A stretch of 64,000 nt of DNA from an uncultured Sphingobacterium sp. (GCA_964516035.1 CAZFAE010000003.1:590-64589), one strand, 5' to 3'; shown: positions 10,381 to 18,939, counted from the first letter of the stretch. Notes: generated from the sequence alone by a model not told the origin. Numbers and translations: made by a program.

Positions 10381-10851
10381 ATGCTAATGAACTATTTAAG
10401 ACCATTTTTAATTGTTTTAGCAATACTTTTTGTACTAATACAATTTTTTCGACCAGTTAGAAATAATTCGAAAACTAACGGTGAAAAAAAATTAAATCAT
10501 CTTTTTTATGTTCCGAAAGATGTAAGTCTAATTTTAAATAAAGCTTGCTATGATTGCCATAGTAATAAAACTTATTATCCCTGGTACGCAAATATTCAAC
10601 CTGTTGGTTGGTATCTAAATCAGCATATATCTGAAGGAAAAAAGGAATTAAATTTTGATGAATTTGGTTATTACTCTACAAAAAGACAAAGAAACAAGTT
10701 TAAAGCAATAGCAAGTCAGATTGAGGATAATGCTATGCCACTTTCATCATATTCACTTATACATCCTGAAGCTAAGTTAACCCAAGTAGAAAAAGAAGCA
10801 ATCATTAAGTGGGCAAAAGGTATGAGTAACAGTTTTCAATCATTAAAATAA
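10381..10851 (+). CDS. Heme-binding-domain (Haem_bd-like) membrane-anchored protein
   Basis: N-terminal TM helix. 'CYDCHSNKTYYPWYANIQPVGWYLNQHISEGKKELNFDEF' matches the putative heme-binding domain family. Confidence 0.7.
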   Translation: MLMNYLRPFLIVLAILFVLIQFFRPVRNNSKTNGEKKLNHLFYVPKDVSLILNKACYDCHSNKTYYPWYANIQPVGWYLNQHISEGKKELNFDEFGYYSTKRQRNKFKAIASQIEDNAMPLSSYSLIHPEAKLTQVEKEAIIKWAKGMSNSFQSLK

Positions 10852-10857
10852 AATAAT

Positions 10858-12897
10858 ATGGATCAGTCTCATCATTTAGAACCTTCATCCAATCATTCTG
10901 ATGATAGGGGTAGTCATATGGAACAACATGGACATCATTCTTCAATGGGTCACGCAGGACATGATCATGGTGCAATGATCAAAGATTTTAAAAAACGCTT
11001 TTACATTGTATTAATCATAACTGTACCTATTATGTTGCTTTCACCAATGATTCAGCATTGGTTGAATCTACATTGGGTATTTATGGGGTCAAACATTTTA
11101 TTATCTCTTTTGTCTTCTGTCGTTTTCTTTTATGGTGGATGGCCATTCTTGAAAGGTTGGTTGATAGAGATGAAAGACTGGAAGCCTGGGATGATGACGC
11201 TAATTGGATTTGCTATTACTGTAGCATACATATATAGTTTAGCCACTGTTATAGGCTTGAAGGGTATGGATTTTTTTTGGGAGCTTTCGACCCTAATTCT
11301 TATTATGTTACTTGGGCATTGGATTGAAATGAGATCAGTTGCAGGAGCTTCCAAAGAATTAGAATTGTTGGTGCAATTATTGCCTTCTGATGCTCACCTT
11401 ATTCATGGTGATCATATAATGGATATTCCGACTCAAAATCTCAAGGCAAATGATATTATACTGATTAAGCCAGGTGAAAAGGTTGCTGCAGACGGACTAG
11501 TTTTAGAAGGAGAAAGTTATCTCAATGAGTCTATGCTCACTGGAGAATCAAAGCCTGTAGAAAAGAAAAAAGGAAACACTGTTATAGCAGGGTCTTTAAA
11601 CGGTAATGGTTCTTTAAAAATACAAGTATCACATGGTGCAAATGACTCTTATCTCTCTCAGGTTATAAGACTTGTTCAAGAAGCACAAAAGTCAAAGTCT
11701 AAAACACAATTATTAGCAGATAATGCAGCTAGATGGCTTACTATAATCGCCCTATTTTGTGGTGCCGCGACTTTTTTTTATTGGTACTTTGAAAATAATG
11801 AACTGGCATTTGCAATTGAGAGAATGGTTACAGTTATAGTAATATGTTGCCCTCATGCATTAGGATTAGCTGTACCGTTGGTTGTAGCAAAATCAACTGC
11901 TTTATCTGCCCAAAAAGGTTTACTGATAAAAAATAGAACTGCATTTGAAAATTCTAGAAAAGTCACCACAATAGTCTTTGATAAGACTGGAACATTGACC
12001 ATTGGTAAATTTGAGGTTTCAAACGTAATTGCTGTTAGCGATAAAATCAGTGAAAAGGAAATCATACGATATGCGTCAGCTTTGGAACAAAATTCCGAAC
12101 ATCCAATCGCTACTGGTATTTTGCAAAAAGCAAAGGATCTTGCTATTCTAATACCATCCGCAGATAATTTCAAGGCTATCACAGGGAAAGGTGTAGAAGC
12201 TTCAGTTGAAGGTCAAAACATAAAAGTTGTTAGTCCTGGATATCTTAAAGAAGAAAAGATCTCATTTCCCGAAGAATTAACTCGTGATGCGGCTGAAACG
12301 ATAGTATTTGTTCTGATTGATAATAACTTAGCCGGTTTAATCTCATTAGCTGATACGCTCAGACCTGAATCTAAAGAAGCTATTCAAACATTACATTCAA
12401 TTAATATTAAATCGGTTTTATTGACTGGGGATAACAAACAGGTTGCAGAAGCAGTAAGTAGAAAAGTAGGTATTGATAGTTATTTTGCAGAAGTTCTACC
12501 ACATCAAAAACTTGAAAAGATTAAAGAGCTTCAAGCTCAAGGTGAATATGTAGCCATGACTGGTGACGGCGTGAATGATGCTCCTGCGTTAGCACAAGCG
12601 AATATAGGAATTGCAGTAGGTTCTGGGTCTGATATTGCTGCTGAAACCGCAGGGATTGTGCTTGTAAACAGTAACCCGAAGGACATCGTGGCTCTGATAC
12701 AATTCGGTAAAGCTACCTACCGAAAGATGATTCAAAACTTAATATGGGCTACAGGCTATAACTTGATTGCTTTACCATTGGCTGCGGGTGTTATGTATAA
12801 ATCAGGTATATTATTAAGCCCAGCAGCAGGAGCAGTATTAATGACAGTGAGTACGGTGGTTGTTGCATTTAATGCTAGTCTTCTTAAAGTTAAATGA
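10858..12897 (+). CDS. Heavy-metal-translocating P1B-type ATPase, CopB-like (His-rich N-terminus, CPH motif)
   Basis: N-terminal HHLEPSSNHSDDRGSHMEQHGHHSSMGHAGHDHG. TM6 'CCPHALGLA'. DKTGTLT, TGDN and GDGVNDAP are present. No CxxC HMA domain. Confidence 0.9.
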   Translation: MDQSHHLEPSSNHSDDRGSHMEQHGHHSSMGHAGHDHGAMIKDFKKRFYIVLIITVPIMLLSPMIQHWLNLHWVFMGSNILLSLLSSVVFFYGGWPFLKGWLIEMKDWKPGMMTLIGFAITVAYIYSLATVIGLKGMDFFWELSTLILIMLLGHWIEMRSVAGASKELELLVQLLPSDAHLIHGDHIMDIPTQNLKANDIILIKPGEKVAADGLVLEGESYLNESMLTGESKPVEKKKGNTVIAGSLNGNGSLKIQVSHGANDSYLSQVIRLVQEAQKSKSKTQLLADNAARWLTIIALFCGAATFFYWYFENNELAFAIERMVTVIVICCPHALGLAVPLVVAKSTALSAQKGLLIKNRTAFENSRKVTTIVFDKTGTLTIGKFEVSNVIAVSDKISEKEIIRYASALEQNSEHPIATGILQKAKDLAILIPSADNFKAITGKGVEASVEGQNIKVVSPGYLKEEKISFPEELTRDAAETIVFVLIDNNLAGLISLADTLRPESKEAIQTLHSINIKSVLLTGDNKQVAEAVSRKVGIDSYFAEVLPHQKLEKIKELQAQGEYVAMTGDGVNDAPALAQANIGIAVGSGSDIAAETAGIVLVNSNPKDIVALIQFGKATYRKMIQNLIWATGYNLIALPLAAGVMYKSGILLSPAAGAVLMTVSTVVVAFNASLLKVK

Positions 12898-12903
12898 TGA
12901 TTT

Positions 12904-13659
12904 ATGGCTAAAAGCAAACATTACTACATTAGAAAAACACATCGATGGTTAGGTATATTTCTAGGTATCCAGTTTTTATTATGGACAGCTGGAGGTCTAT
13001 ACTTTAGCTGGAGCAATATAGATGAAGTTCATGGAGATTTACAGAAGAGAAATATACCATTATTATCTTCAAATATCACGCTGGTAAGTCCATCTGATAT
13101 ATTAGTGTCTATAAGAAAAATACATCGAATTGATTCAGTTGTTTCTATCCAATTGATTGAGATACTTGGTAAACCTTTTTACCAAATTCGTTGTATAAGT
13201 GCGCTCCAATTTCATAGTATGCATCAGCATGATTTAAAGTCTATGAATCATCTAGCAAATGCCGAAACAGGGGCAATTAGAGGCCCTCTGACGAAAGATG
13301 AAGCAATTGCTGTTGCTATTTCAAGATTCAGCGGTGCTCCAAAGCTTAAATCGGTAGAATATCTAACTGAAACGAACAAACACCACGAGTATAGAGAAGG
13401 TGTTTTACCAGCTTATGCAGTAAGTTTTGAGCATCCAACAAACACAACGGTTTATGTGGCTAGTGAACTTGGGACAGTACAGAAATTCCGTAATGATAAA
13501 TGGCGATTATTCGATTTATTGTGGATGACCCATACTATGGATTATGAGAGTAGAGATAACTTTGGCAATCTGTTACTTAGAATATTCTCAATTTTAGGTG
13601 TTGCAACCGTTATTAGTGGATTTGTACTTTTTTTTATTAGCTCAAAGTGGTTAAGGTAA
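12904..13659 (+). CDS. PepSY-associated TM / PepSY domain membrane protein
   Basis: 'YIRKTHRWLGIFLGIQFLLWTAGGLYFSW' N-terminal helix and a C-terminal TM. It is the last gene of the co-directional array. Confidence 0.6.
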   Translation: MAKSKHYYIRKTHRWLGIFLGIQFLLWTAGGLYFSWSNIDEVHGDLQKRNIPLLSSNITLVSPSDILVSIRKIHRIDSVVSIQLIEILGKPFYQIRCISALQFHSMHQHDLKSMNHLANAETGAIRGPLTKDEAIAVAISRFSGAPKLKSVEYLTETNKHHEYREGVLPAYAVSFEHPTNTTVYVASELGTVQKFRNDKWRLFDLLWMTHTMDYESRDNFGNLLLRIFSILGVATVISGFVLFFISSKWLR

Positions 13660-13809
13660 AATAAGGTACAATTTATATCGTAAATAATCTTAAAATCCAC
13701 TTTTTTGAATAGATTTAAAAAACTCTTTTTTTGACATCAATATACCGGTTTTTTGGTATTCTTGTTAAGACATTAATAATACATAATGATTTGTTACCAA
13801 TTAATGATA

Positions 13810-14334
13810 TTAACGATTTATCATAATTCTTTGGCGATTGATTCTTGAATCGACTGTCAGGTCATTTAAATAGTCATCAATGGTGGTAGATTGGCTTAAT
13901 TCATAACCACCTCGTTCGTTTAGTTTTAGATGAACTTTAAGGTAATCAGCAGCAAAACGCTTTACTTTGGATTCGAAAACCATTTTATCAGCGGTGTTTT
14001 TAATTCCTTTCAATAATTCGCTTTCATACAAGCTAAGAAACTTAAAAATAGGTTCATTAATGCCATCCACATGAATCTCTAATAATAACCGTTTCATTCT
14101 TACTTCGGTAAATTCCTCACAAACTCTCAGTTTTACTTCTATTTTATTAAAATCTATAACATCCACAATCATAGATTGAATGGCATAGGCTTCATTTTCA
14201 ACAGATTGAATAGTAGCTTTTAGATGTTCAAGACGTCTGGAAAGTCTTTCAAATTCTTCTCTCATATTTTGAGCATTTTCTTCTAAACGTTGACGTCGAG
14301 AATTTAAAATGGCTATTTGCTGTGCCTTTTTCAT
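13810..14334 (-). CDS. Hypothetical protein with N-terminal coiled coil
   Basis: 174-aa ORF with no family recognised. Divergent from the RHH gene. Confidence 0.5.
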   Translation of the reverse strand: MKKAQQIAILNSRRQRLEENAQNMREEFERLSRRLEHLKATIQSVENEAYAIQSMIVDVIDFNKIEVKLRVCEEFTEVRMKRLLLEIHVDGINEPIFKFLSLYESELLKGIKNTADKMVFESKVKRFAADYLKVHLKLNERGGYELSQSTTIDDYLNDLTVDSRINRQRIMINR

Positions 14335-14370
14335 TTTATTGGGTATTTATATTATACATACAAAGTTAAT

Positions 14371-14559
14371 ATGAGCGATTTACAATTACATTACAACAAA
14401 AAATACAAAAAGCAACTAAAAGCCACCACGATAGTAGTAAGAGTGGATAGCTTGGAGCTATCTAGATTAAAGGAATTAGAAACAAAAAGTAGACGAACGC
14501 GATCTGATTTGATTCGACAATCATTATATGACCTTTTTGAAAAGTATACAATAAAATAA
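14371..14559 (+). CDS. Ribbon-helix-helix (CopG/Arc/MetJ-like) DNA-binding protein
   Basis: Internal ATG at 14371 is preferred over the track start at 14317. 'TIVVRVDSLELSRLKELETKSRRTRSDLIRQSLYDLFEKY' has a beta-strand then helix-helix pattern. Confidence 0.6.
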   Translation: MSDLQLHYNKKYKKQLKATTIVVRVDSLELSRLKELETKSRRTRSDLIRQSLYDLFEKYTIK

Positions 14560-14570
14560 CTAATAAAAGA

Positions 14571-14768
14571 ATGAATATGGAAGAGAACATCATTGAGATA
14601 GACCTCGGAGACTATTATAATGAAGCTCAGCATAACCTGAGTCAATATGAGCTATCCCTAGCGGCTAGTAAAATGGGTAGAATTAATATCGATGCTCAGG
14701 AGGTACAAAGGGTAATAATTTCAGGTTCACCAACACAGGTATCAATGTGGCTGCATGAAAAAGCTTGA
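14571..14768 (+). CDS. Hypothetical small protein (65 aa)
   Basis: ORF lies 11 nt after the RHH gene and overlaps the next ORF by 14 nt. No family recognised. Confidence 0.4.
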   Translation: MNMEENIIEIDLGDYYNEAQHNLSQYELSLAASKMGRINIDAQEVQRVIISGSPTQVSMWLHEKA

Positions 14769-14964
14769 TAGAAATGACTTGCTATTTCAGATATCAAAAA
14801 GAGAGTTCATAGCTGCAGCAAAAATATCGCCTGAAGATGAACCGCGTTTCTACGCTTTACTGAAACAGCGGTTACACCTTGATACTCAATTGAAAAATAT
14901 ACTGTCTGTAAAGAACTTGAGTCTACCAGCGTTATCTAAACAAAAGCCGTATGAAACTATTTGA
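14755..14964 (+). CDS. Hypothetical small protein (69 aa)
   Basis: Translationally coupled to the previous ORF. Its 3' end overlaps the convergent Abi-like gene by 8 nt. Confidence 0.4.
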   Translation: MKKLDRNDLLFQISKREFIAAAKISPEDEPRFYALLKQRLHLDTQLKNILSVKNLSLPALSKQKPYETI

Positions 14965-15760
14965 TTTTTAAGTTCATTATGTCAATTACGAAATCACACA
15001 AAGTCATTGCAGAATTAACAGCAACTTTCGCATGGTGTTTCCTTGTATTAAACTTATTTGCATGCCTATCACCAGCATTGTTACTAAGACCGGCTAAACC
15101 AGTTATAATAGAATCTAAACCAGTTAAGATTTGAAAAACATATTCTGGCAATTCAGCTTTATCTAAATCAAGCTTTAGAGATTTCTTCGCCCTCGACCAG
15201 AGATTGGTAATTTTTCCATCATTCTTTACTTCAATTTTTTCTACAGTCTCAATAACATAAATCAGAACTGCTTCAGTTAATGATCTTGCATTTGTTATAG
15301 CTCCGCTGAAGTCATTCAAAGTAATTTTTTCTTGACATTTTTTAATTTGCTCACTAACATATTCATGTCCAATTTTCAATACTGCTTCTGGATCAATATC
15401 ACTTCCTTGTAGTAAGGAAATTTTATAATTAAAACCTTTTTTAATTAAAGCATAACCATCATACTTTATTAGTTGGTTGATGCTGGCTACAATAGCCTCT
15501 ATAATATCTTCGTCTCCACCATATCTTCTTGGATCTACAAATTCTTCAAGAATAGTCTTAAGCCTGTCTTTACCATTGCTCTCCTCAATTTTTTGGGTTG
15601 AGTATATCCATCTTGATGGAAATCCTTCTCCATACATATCATCAAAACCACAACTATTATAGAAATCAACTAATCTTGGCCCACTTAAATATGGTGCAGA
15701 TCCTTGGTCTCCAGCTATAATCTTACCCAATTGCTCAGTAACTTTGTTAGATATTTTCAT
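14957..15760 (-). CDS. Abi_C (HEPN-type) abortive-infection-like protein with AbiJ-like N-terminal domain
   Basis: C-terminal 'LTGLDSIITGLAGLSNNAGDRHANKFNTRKHHAKVAVNSAMTLCDFVI' resembles the Abi_C 'RNxxGxxHG...lavnla' signature. N-terminal 'LSGPRLVDFYNSCGFDDMYGEGFPSRWIYS' resembles AbiJ N-terminal modules. Both calls are from memory. Confidence 0.45.
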   Translation of the reverse strand: MKISNKVTEQLGKIIAGDQGSAPYLSGPRLVDFYNSCGFDDMYGEGFPSRWIYSTQKIEESNGKDRLKTILEEFVDPRRYGGDEDIIEAIVASINQLIKYDGYALIKKGFNYKISLLQGSDIDPEAVLKIGHEYVSEQIKKCQEKITLNDFSGAITNARSLTEAVLIYVIETVEKIEVKNDGKITNLWSRAKKSLKLDLDKAELPEYVFQILTGLDSIITGLAGLSNNAGDRHANKFNTRKHHAKVAVNSAMTLCDFVIDIMNLKIK

Positions 15761-15956
15761 GGGTTATCGGTTTGTATATATTAGTTAATCACAATTTAAT
15801 AAAAAATGGATTGATTATGAGCTATAGTTAATCAACTAGGGTAGCTGTTAATAAATCACGTATATTAATAAAAGAGCTTTCTAACCGCAAATGGAAATAA
15901 AATGACAACTTTGTAAAAAGCTTTAGTTTTACAAACAAAAAATACTAGACTCTTTA

Positions 15957-16424
15957 ATGATTAACAGATTAGTAGCTGATTTCGAAATGAGTTATACAAC
16001 GTCGTTTAGACATACTGCTAAAATCAAGTATGGTGTAGAGTTCACGAATAGTGACCTTCCAGATATTATATTGCATTTAAAGAAGCTAAAGAAATGCATA
16101 GAAACCAATACATACAATAATAAAGTTCATGTGGGATATGATTTTGGTTTGAATGACGTAGAGCATATTTTAGAAATTCTTTCAAACATTATAACTGAAT
16201 ACTCAACAAAGTATTCAATTGATAGCCCTCCCTCAAAGAAAATTTACAGTTTAATTGAACACATCAGGAAAAAAAATGCAAAGTCTCCATCGGATCTAGC
16301 CAGAGAGGTGATTTCAGGAATGATTTCAACACCATCCAATCACAAAAAGTCCAAAAAAATAGATCAAGAAGAAAAAGCCAATCAATTGAGTATAGCAAGG
16401 GCACTTAAAAACACACAAAAATAA
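15957..16424 (+). CDS. Hypothetical protein (155 aa), Lys-rich tail
   Basis: ORF only; no family recognised. Confidence 0.4.
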   Translation: MINRLVADFEMSYTTSFRHTAKIKYGVEFTNSDLPDIILHLKKLKKCIETNTYNNKVHVGYDFGLNDVEHILEILSNIITEYSTKYSIDSPPSKKIYSLIEHIRKKNAKSPSDLAREVISGMISTPSNHKKSKKIDQEEKANQLSIARALKNTQK

Positions 16425-16555
16425 TAGAATATTTAATTTGTTAATATATTGATAATCAAACAGATAAGTGTAATTGATTCGTGTTAAAACAGTGCTATTT
16501 TACCTTTAGTATTTAACAATTATGGGTGAAAAACAAGTTTTTTAGACCTTAAAAC

Positions 16556-16587
16556 ATAAAAAAAAGCCCGTTTTTAGGGCTTTTTTT
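16556..16587. terminator. Bidirectional hairpin terminator (A-run / AGCCC-loop-GGGCT / T-run)
   Basis: aaaaaaaaaagcccgtttttagggcttttttt lies immediately 3' of tRNA-Ser on the minus strand. Confidence 0.7.
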
Positions 16588-16592
16588 ATTTG

Positions 16593-16679
16593 CGGAGAGA
16601 GAGGGATTCGAACCCTCGGTACCGTTGCCAGTACGACAGTTTAGCAAACTGTTCCTTTCGGCCACTCAGGCATCTCTCC
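16593..16679 (-). tRNA. tRNA-Ser (anticodon GCU), long variable arm, CCA not encoded
   Basis: Reverse complement GGAGAGATGCCTGAGTGGCCGAAAGGAACAGTTTGCTAAACTGTCGTACTGGCAACGGTACCGAGGGTTCGAATCCCTCTCTCTCCG folds as a cloverleaf. Acceptor is GGAGAGA/TCTCTCC, anticodon stem ACAGT/ACTGT, loop TTGCTAA, T-arm GAGGG-TTCGAAT-CCCTC. Confidence 0.95.
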
Positions 16680-16716
16680 GTTGTTATTTAATTTGTTGAA
16701 GACTTTTGCACATTAG

Positions 16717-16771
16717 CGACAGTTTAGTCCCGAACTTTCGGGATTCCTTTCGGCCACTCAGGCATCTCTCC
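16717..16771 (-). pseudogene. Degenerate tRNA-Ser 5'-half fragment
   Basis: 28 nt at 16744..16771 are identical to tRNA 16652..16679, and 11 nt at 16717..16727 are identical to 16634..16644. The 7 nt between these blocks are replaced by a 16-nt hairpin, tcccgaactttcggga. No T-arm or 3' acceptor strand. Confidence 0.8.
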
Positions 16772-16802
16772 AATAACTATGTATTTTCCCCTTTCGGGAT
16801 TG

Positions 16803-16810
16803 CAAATATA
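16803..16810 (-). promoter_or_regulatory. Candidate Bacteroidota sigma-A -7 element (TATATTTG = TAnnTTTG)
   Basis: Minus-strand TATATTTG lies about 32 nt upstream of the tRNA fragment's 5' end. No comparable motif is seen directly upstream of the intact tRNA. Confidence 0.4.
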
Positions 16811-16839
16811 GCAATTCAGGGATGCCTTCAAAAAATATT

Positions 16840-18939
16840 TTACCTTTCTTGCAGATATTGAATCCGGACATGAAAAATACCCATCAACATGGTTTTAAAA
16901 ATCTGTTTAATTACTTGAATATCTTTTAAGGTGATATCGCTTTCAATTAATTGATTTTGATTTAATTTATAATCTATAATCCGTTCTACCAGATCGTTAA
17001 TATTAGCGGCATCCGGATTTTTAAGACTTCGCGAAGCGGCTTCTACCGAATCGGCCAGCATTAAAACAGCGGTTTCTTTAGAGAAAGGAATAGGGCCCGG
17101 ATATCTAAAAATCTTCTCATCTACCAATTTTTCGGGAAAGTTTTTTAAAAACGACTGGTAAAAATAATCTACACGGGTATTGCCATGATGGGTTTTGATG
17201 AAATCGATAATCAATTCGGGAACTCGGTTCTTTCTGGCTATCTCTACTCCCCTGTACACATGTTGAATTATGATTTGTGCACTTTTTTCGTAAGCCAGTC
17301 TGTCGTGTGGATTGACGTTGGTGTTTTGATTTTCGATAAAATACTGTGGATTCTCCATTTTACCAATATCGTGATACAAAGCTCCTGCCCTTACCAATAA
17401 AGCATTTCCGCCTATTTTATAGATGGCGGCTTCGGCTAAATTGGCTACCTGCAGCGAATGCTGAAAAGTACCCGGTGCTTTAAAAGCCAGGTCTCTTAAA
17501 AGCGGAGAATTGGTATTGCTTAATTCCAACAAGGTAATTTCTGAAGTAATACCGAATAATTTTTCGAAGCCATAAATTAATGGATAAGCCAAAAGGGTAA
17601 GAATAACGCTAAATCCAAATGGTATGAAATTATACCAGTCAATTTTGGTGAACGAGGCATCTTTGATCAACAAAATACCCAGATAAGCAATACAATAGGT
17701 TATTAATATGAGTACGGCTGAGATCAGGAATTGTTCTCGCTTTACTACTTTTTTAATGCTGTAAATAGCCGTCATACCTGCACTAATTTGTAAAAAAGCG
17801 AATTCAAAACTATTAGGCACTAAAAAAGAAGCGATTAATACTACCAATAAATGAATGTTTAATGCTAGCCGGGTATCAAAAAGAATACGTATGATAATAG
17901 GAACAATGCAGTAGGGAATGTAGTATAAACTGGGAATATTGATTTTGATTGCCCAAGATAGTACAGCCAGCATTCCGGTAATGATGAGCAGAATAAGCGC
18001 CAGCTTGCGGTTATCATCAAAAATATCTTTTCTGAAAAGGTTAAGAAAAATCATCAGTAAAGAAACCACCAGCGTAACCAATAAAAACTGGCCTAAAAAT
18101 AGCCAACGCCTATTGGCGGTTAAGAGCGGGTCGCCTTCAAATGACACCCGTAGAGATTCTAATTTTTGATAAATATCTGCATTAATGATGTCTCCCTGTG
18201 CAATAATCAGCTCTCCTTTTTGAACAATACCCGTAGTGGCTGATATTTGCTGCAAAGCTTCTGCCTCCATTTTATCTGTAAACCTTTCGTCGTAGATATA
18301 ATTGGGAGTAATGAAATTATGCAGCAAGGCTACCAAATCTTGTTTATTTTGCAAATCAACTTGCTTGAGCTGTTCTTCAATCCATTTTTTAGCGGTAATG
18401 AGTTCAAAAACTTCGGCGGTATTTAATTCCAGAGCTACATTATCGCTCAATAATGTGAAATTATAATTCGTTTCAAATCTTTGAAATTTCTTAATGGGCG
18501 TAATTACCCCCCTTTCGTAAACTTTGCTTAACAAAGAACGACCTAAAAGCAACTGATTCTGTTTTTCAGCCGGACTGATAGCCGATTGATTATACCTGCT
18601 AGCAAAATCAGTCTCAAAATCTGCCAATAATTTAGCGGCAATTTCCGGTTGATAACGATAAACCGGCTTTACTCTTTTAATGACCTGTTTTTGGTCTTTT
18701 TCTAATTGTTCAGGGGTTTTATGGATGGCGAAACCAAAAGGAGAAATCAAATCTTGCTGCGTCCATACCTTGCCTTTATCGTACTCAAACTTAAAACGAG
18801 CCTGTTTGGGTAGTATTAAACAGATAAATAATACGCAACATACCATCATGGCATGTTTAACCAGCTCATGGTATCTTCTAAAAAGAATTTTGGTGTACGT
18901 TTTTCTAATTTTTGCCAATTGGATAGGAAATAAACTCAA
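16840..18939 (-). CDS. 7TM-HD membrane phosphohydrolase (HDIG domain, PgpH/YqfF-like)
   Basis: 699 aa. Extracellular N-domain, multi-TM block, and C-terminal 'ALYHDIGKM' and 'HHGNTRVDYFY' HD/HDIG motifs. Confidence 0.85.
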   Translation of the reverse strand: MSLFPIQLAKIRKTYTKILFRRYHELVKHAMMVCCVLFICLILPKQARFKFEYDKGKVWTQQDLISPFGFAIHKTPEQLEKDQKQVIKRVKPVYRYQPEIAAKLLADFETDFASRYNQSAISPAEKQNQLLLGRSLLSKVYERGVITPIKKFQRFETNYNFTLLSDNVALELNTAEVFELITAKKWIEEQLKQVDLQNKQDLVALLHNFITPNYIYDERFTDKMEAEALQQISATTGIVQKGELIIAQGDIINADIYQKLESLRVSFEGDPLLTANRRWLFLGQFLLVTLVVSLLMIFLNLFRKDIFDDNRKLALILLIITGMLAVLSWAIKINIPSLYYIPYCIVPIIIRILFDTRLALNIHLLVVLIASFLVPNSFEFAFLQISAGMTAIYSIKKVVKREQFLISAVLILITYCIAYLGILLIKDASFTKIDWYNFIPFGFSVILTLLAYPLIYGFEKLFGITSEITLLELSNTNSPLLRDLAFKAPGTFQHSLQVANLAEAAIYKIGGNALLVRAGALYHDIGKMENPQYFIENQNTNVNPHDRLAYEKSAQIIIQHVYRGVEIARKNRVPELIIDFIKTHHGNTRVDYFYQSFLKNFPEKLVDEKIFRYPGPIPFSKETAVLMLADSVEAASRSLKNPDAANINDLVERIIDYKLNQNQLIESDITLKDIQVIKQIFKTMLMGIFHVRIQYLQER

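Larger units (their letters stand above)
1..16592. mobile_element. Integrase-associated genomic island (left boundary outside window) with metal-efflux cargo; right end abuts the 3' end of tRNA-Ser
   Basis: Partial tyrosine recombinase at 1..768. Composition is markedly more AT-rich than sequence right of about 16.8 kb (sampled lines by eye, not computed). Cargo is accessory-type. The tRNA gene sits exactly at the composition break. No tra or relaxase genes are visible. Confidence 0.6.

Noticed and set aside
14317-14370. Upstream extension of the RHH ORF (track start at 14317) overlapping the divergent gene
   Set aside because: The extension encodes a hydrophobic, atypical peptide and overlaps the 13810..14334 start. 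The internal ATG at 14371 gives a standard 62-aa RHH protein.
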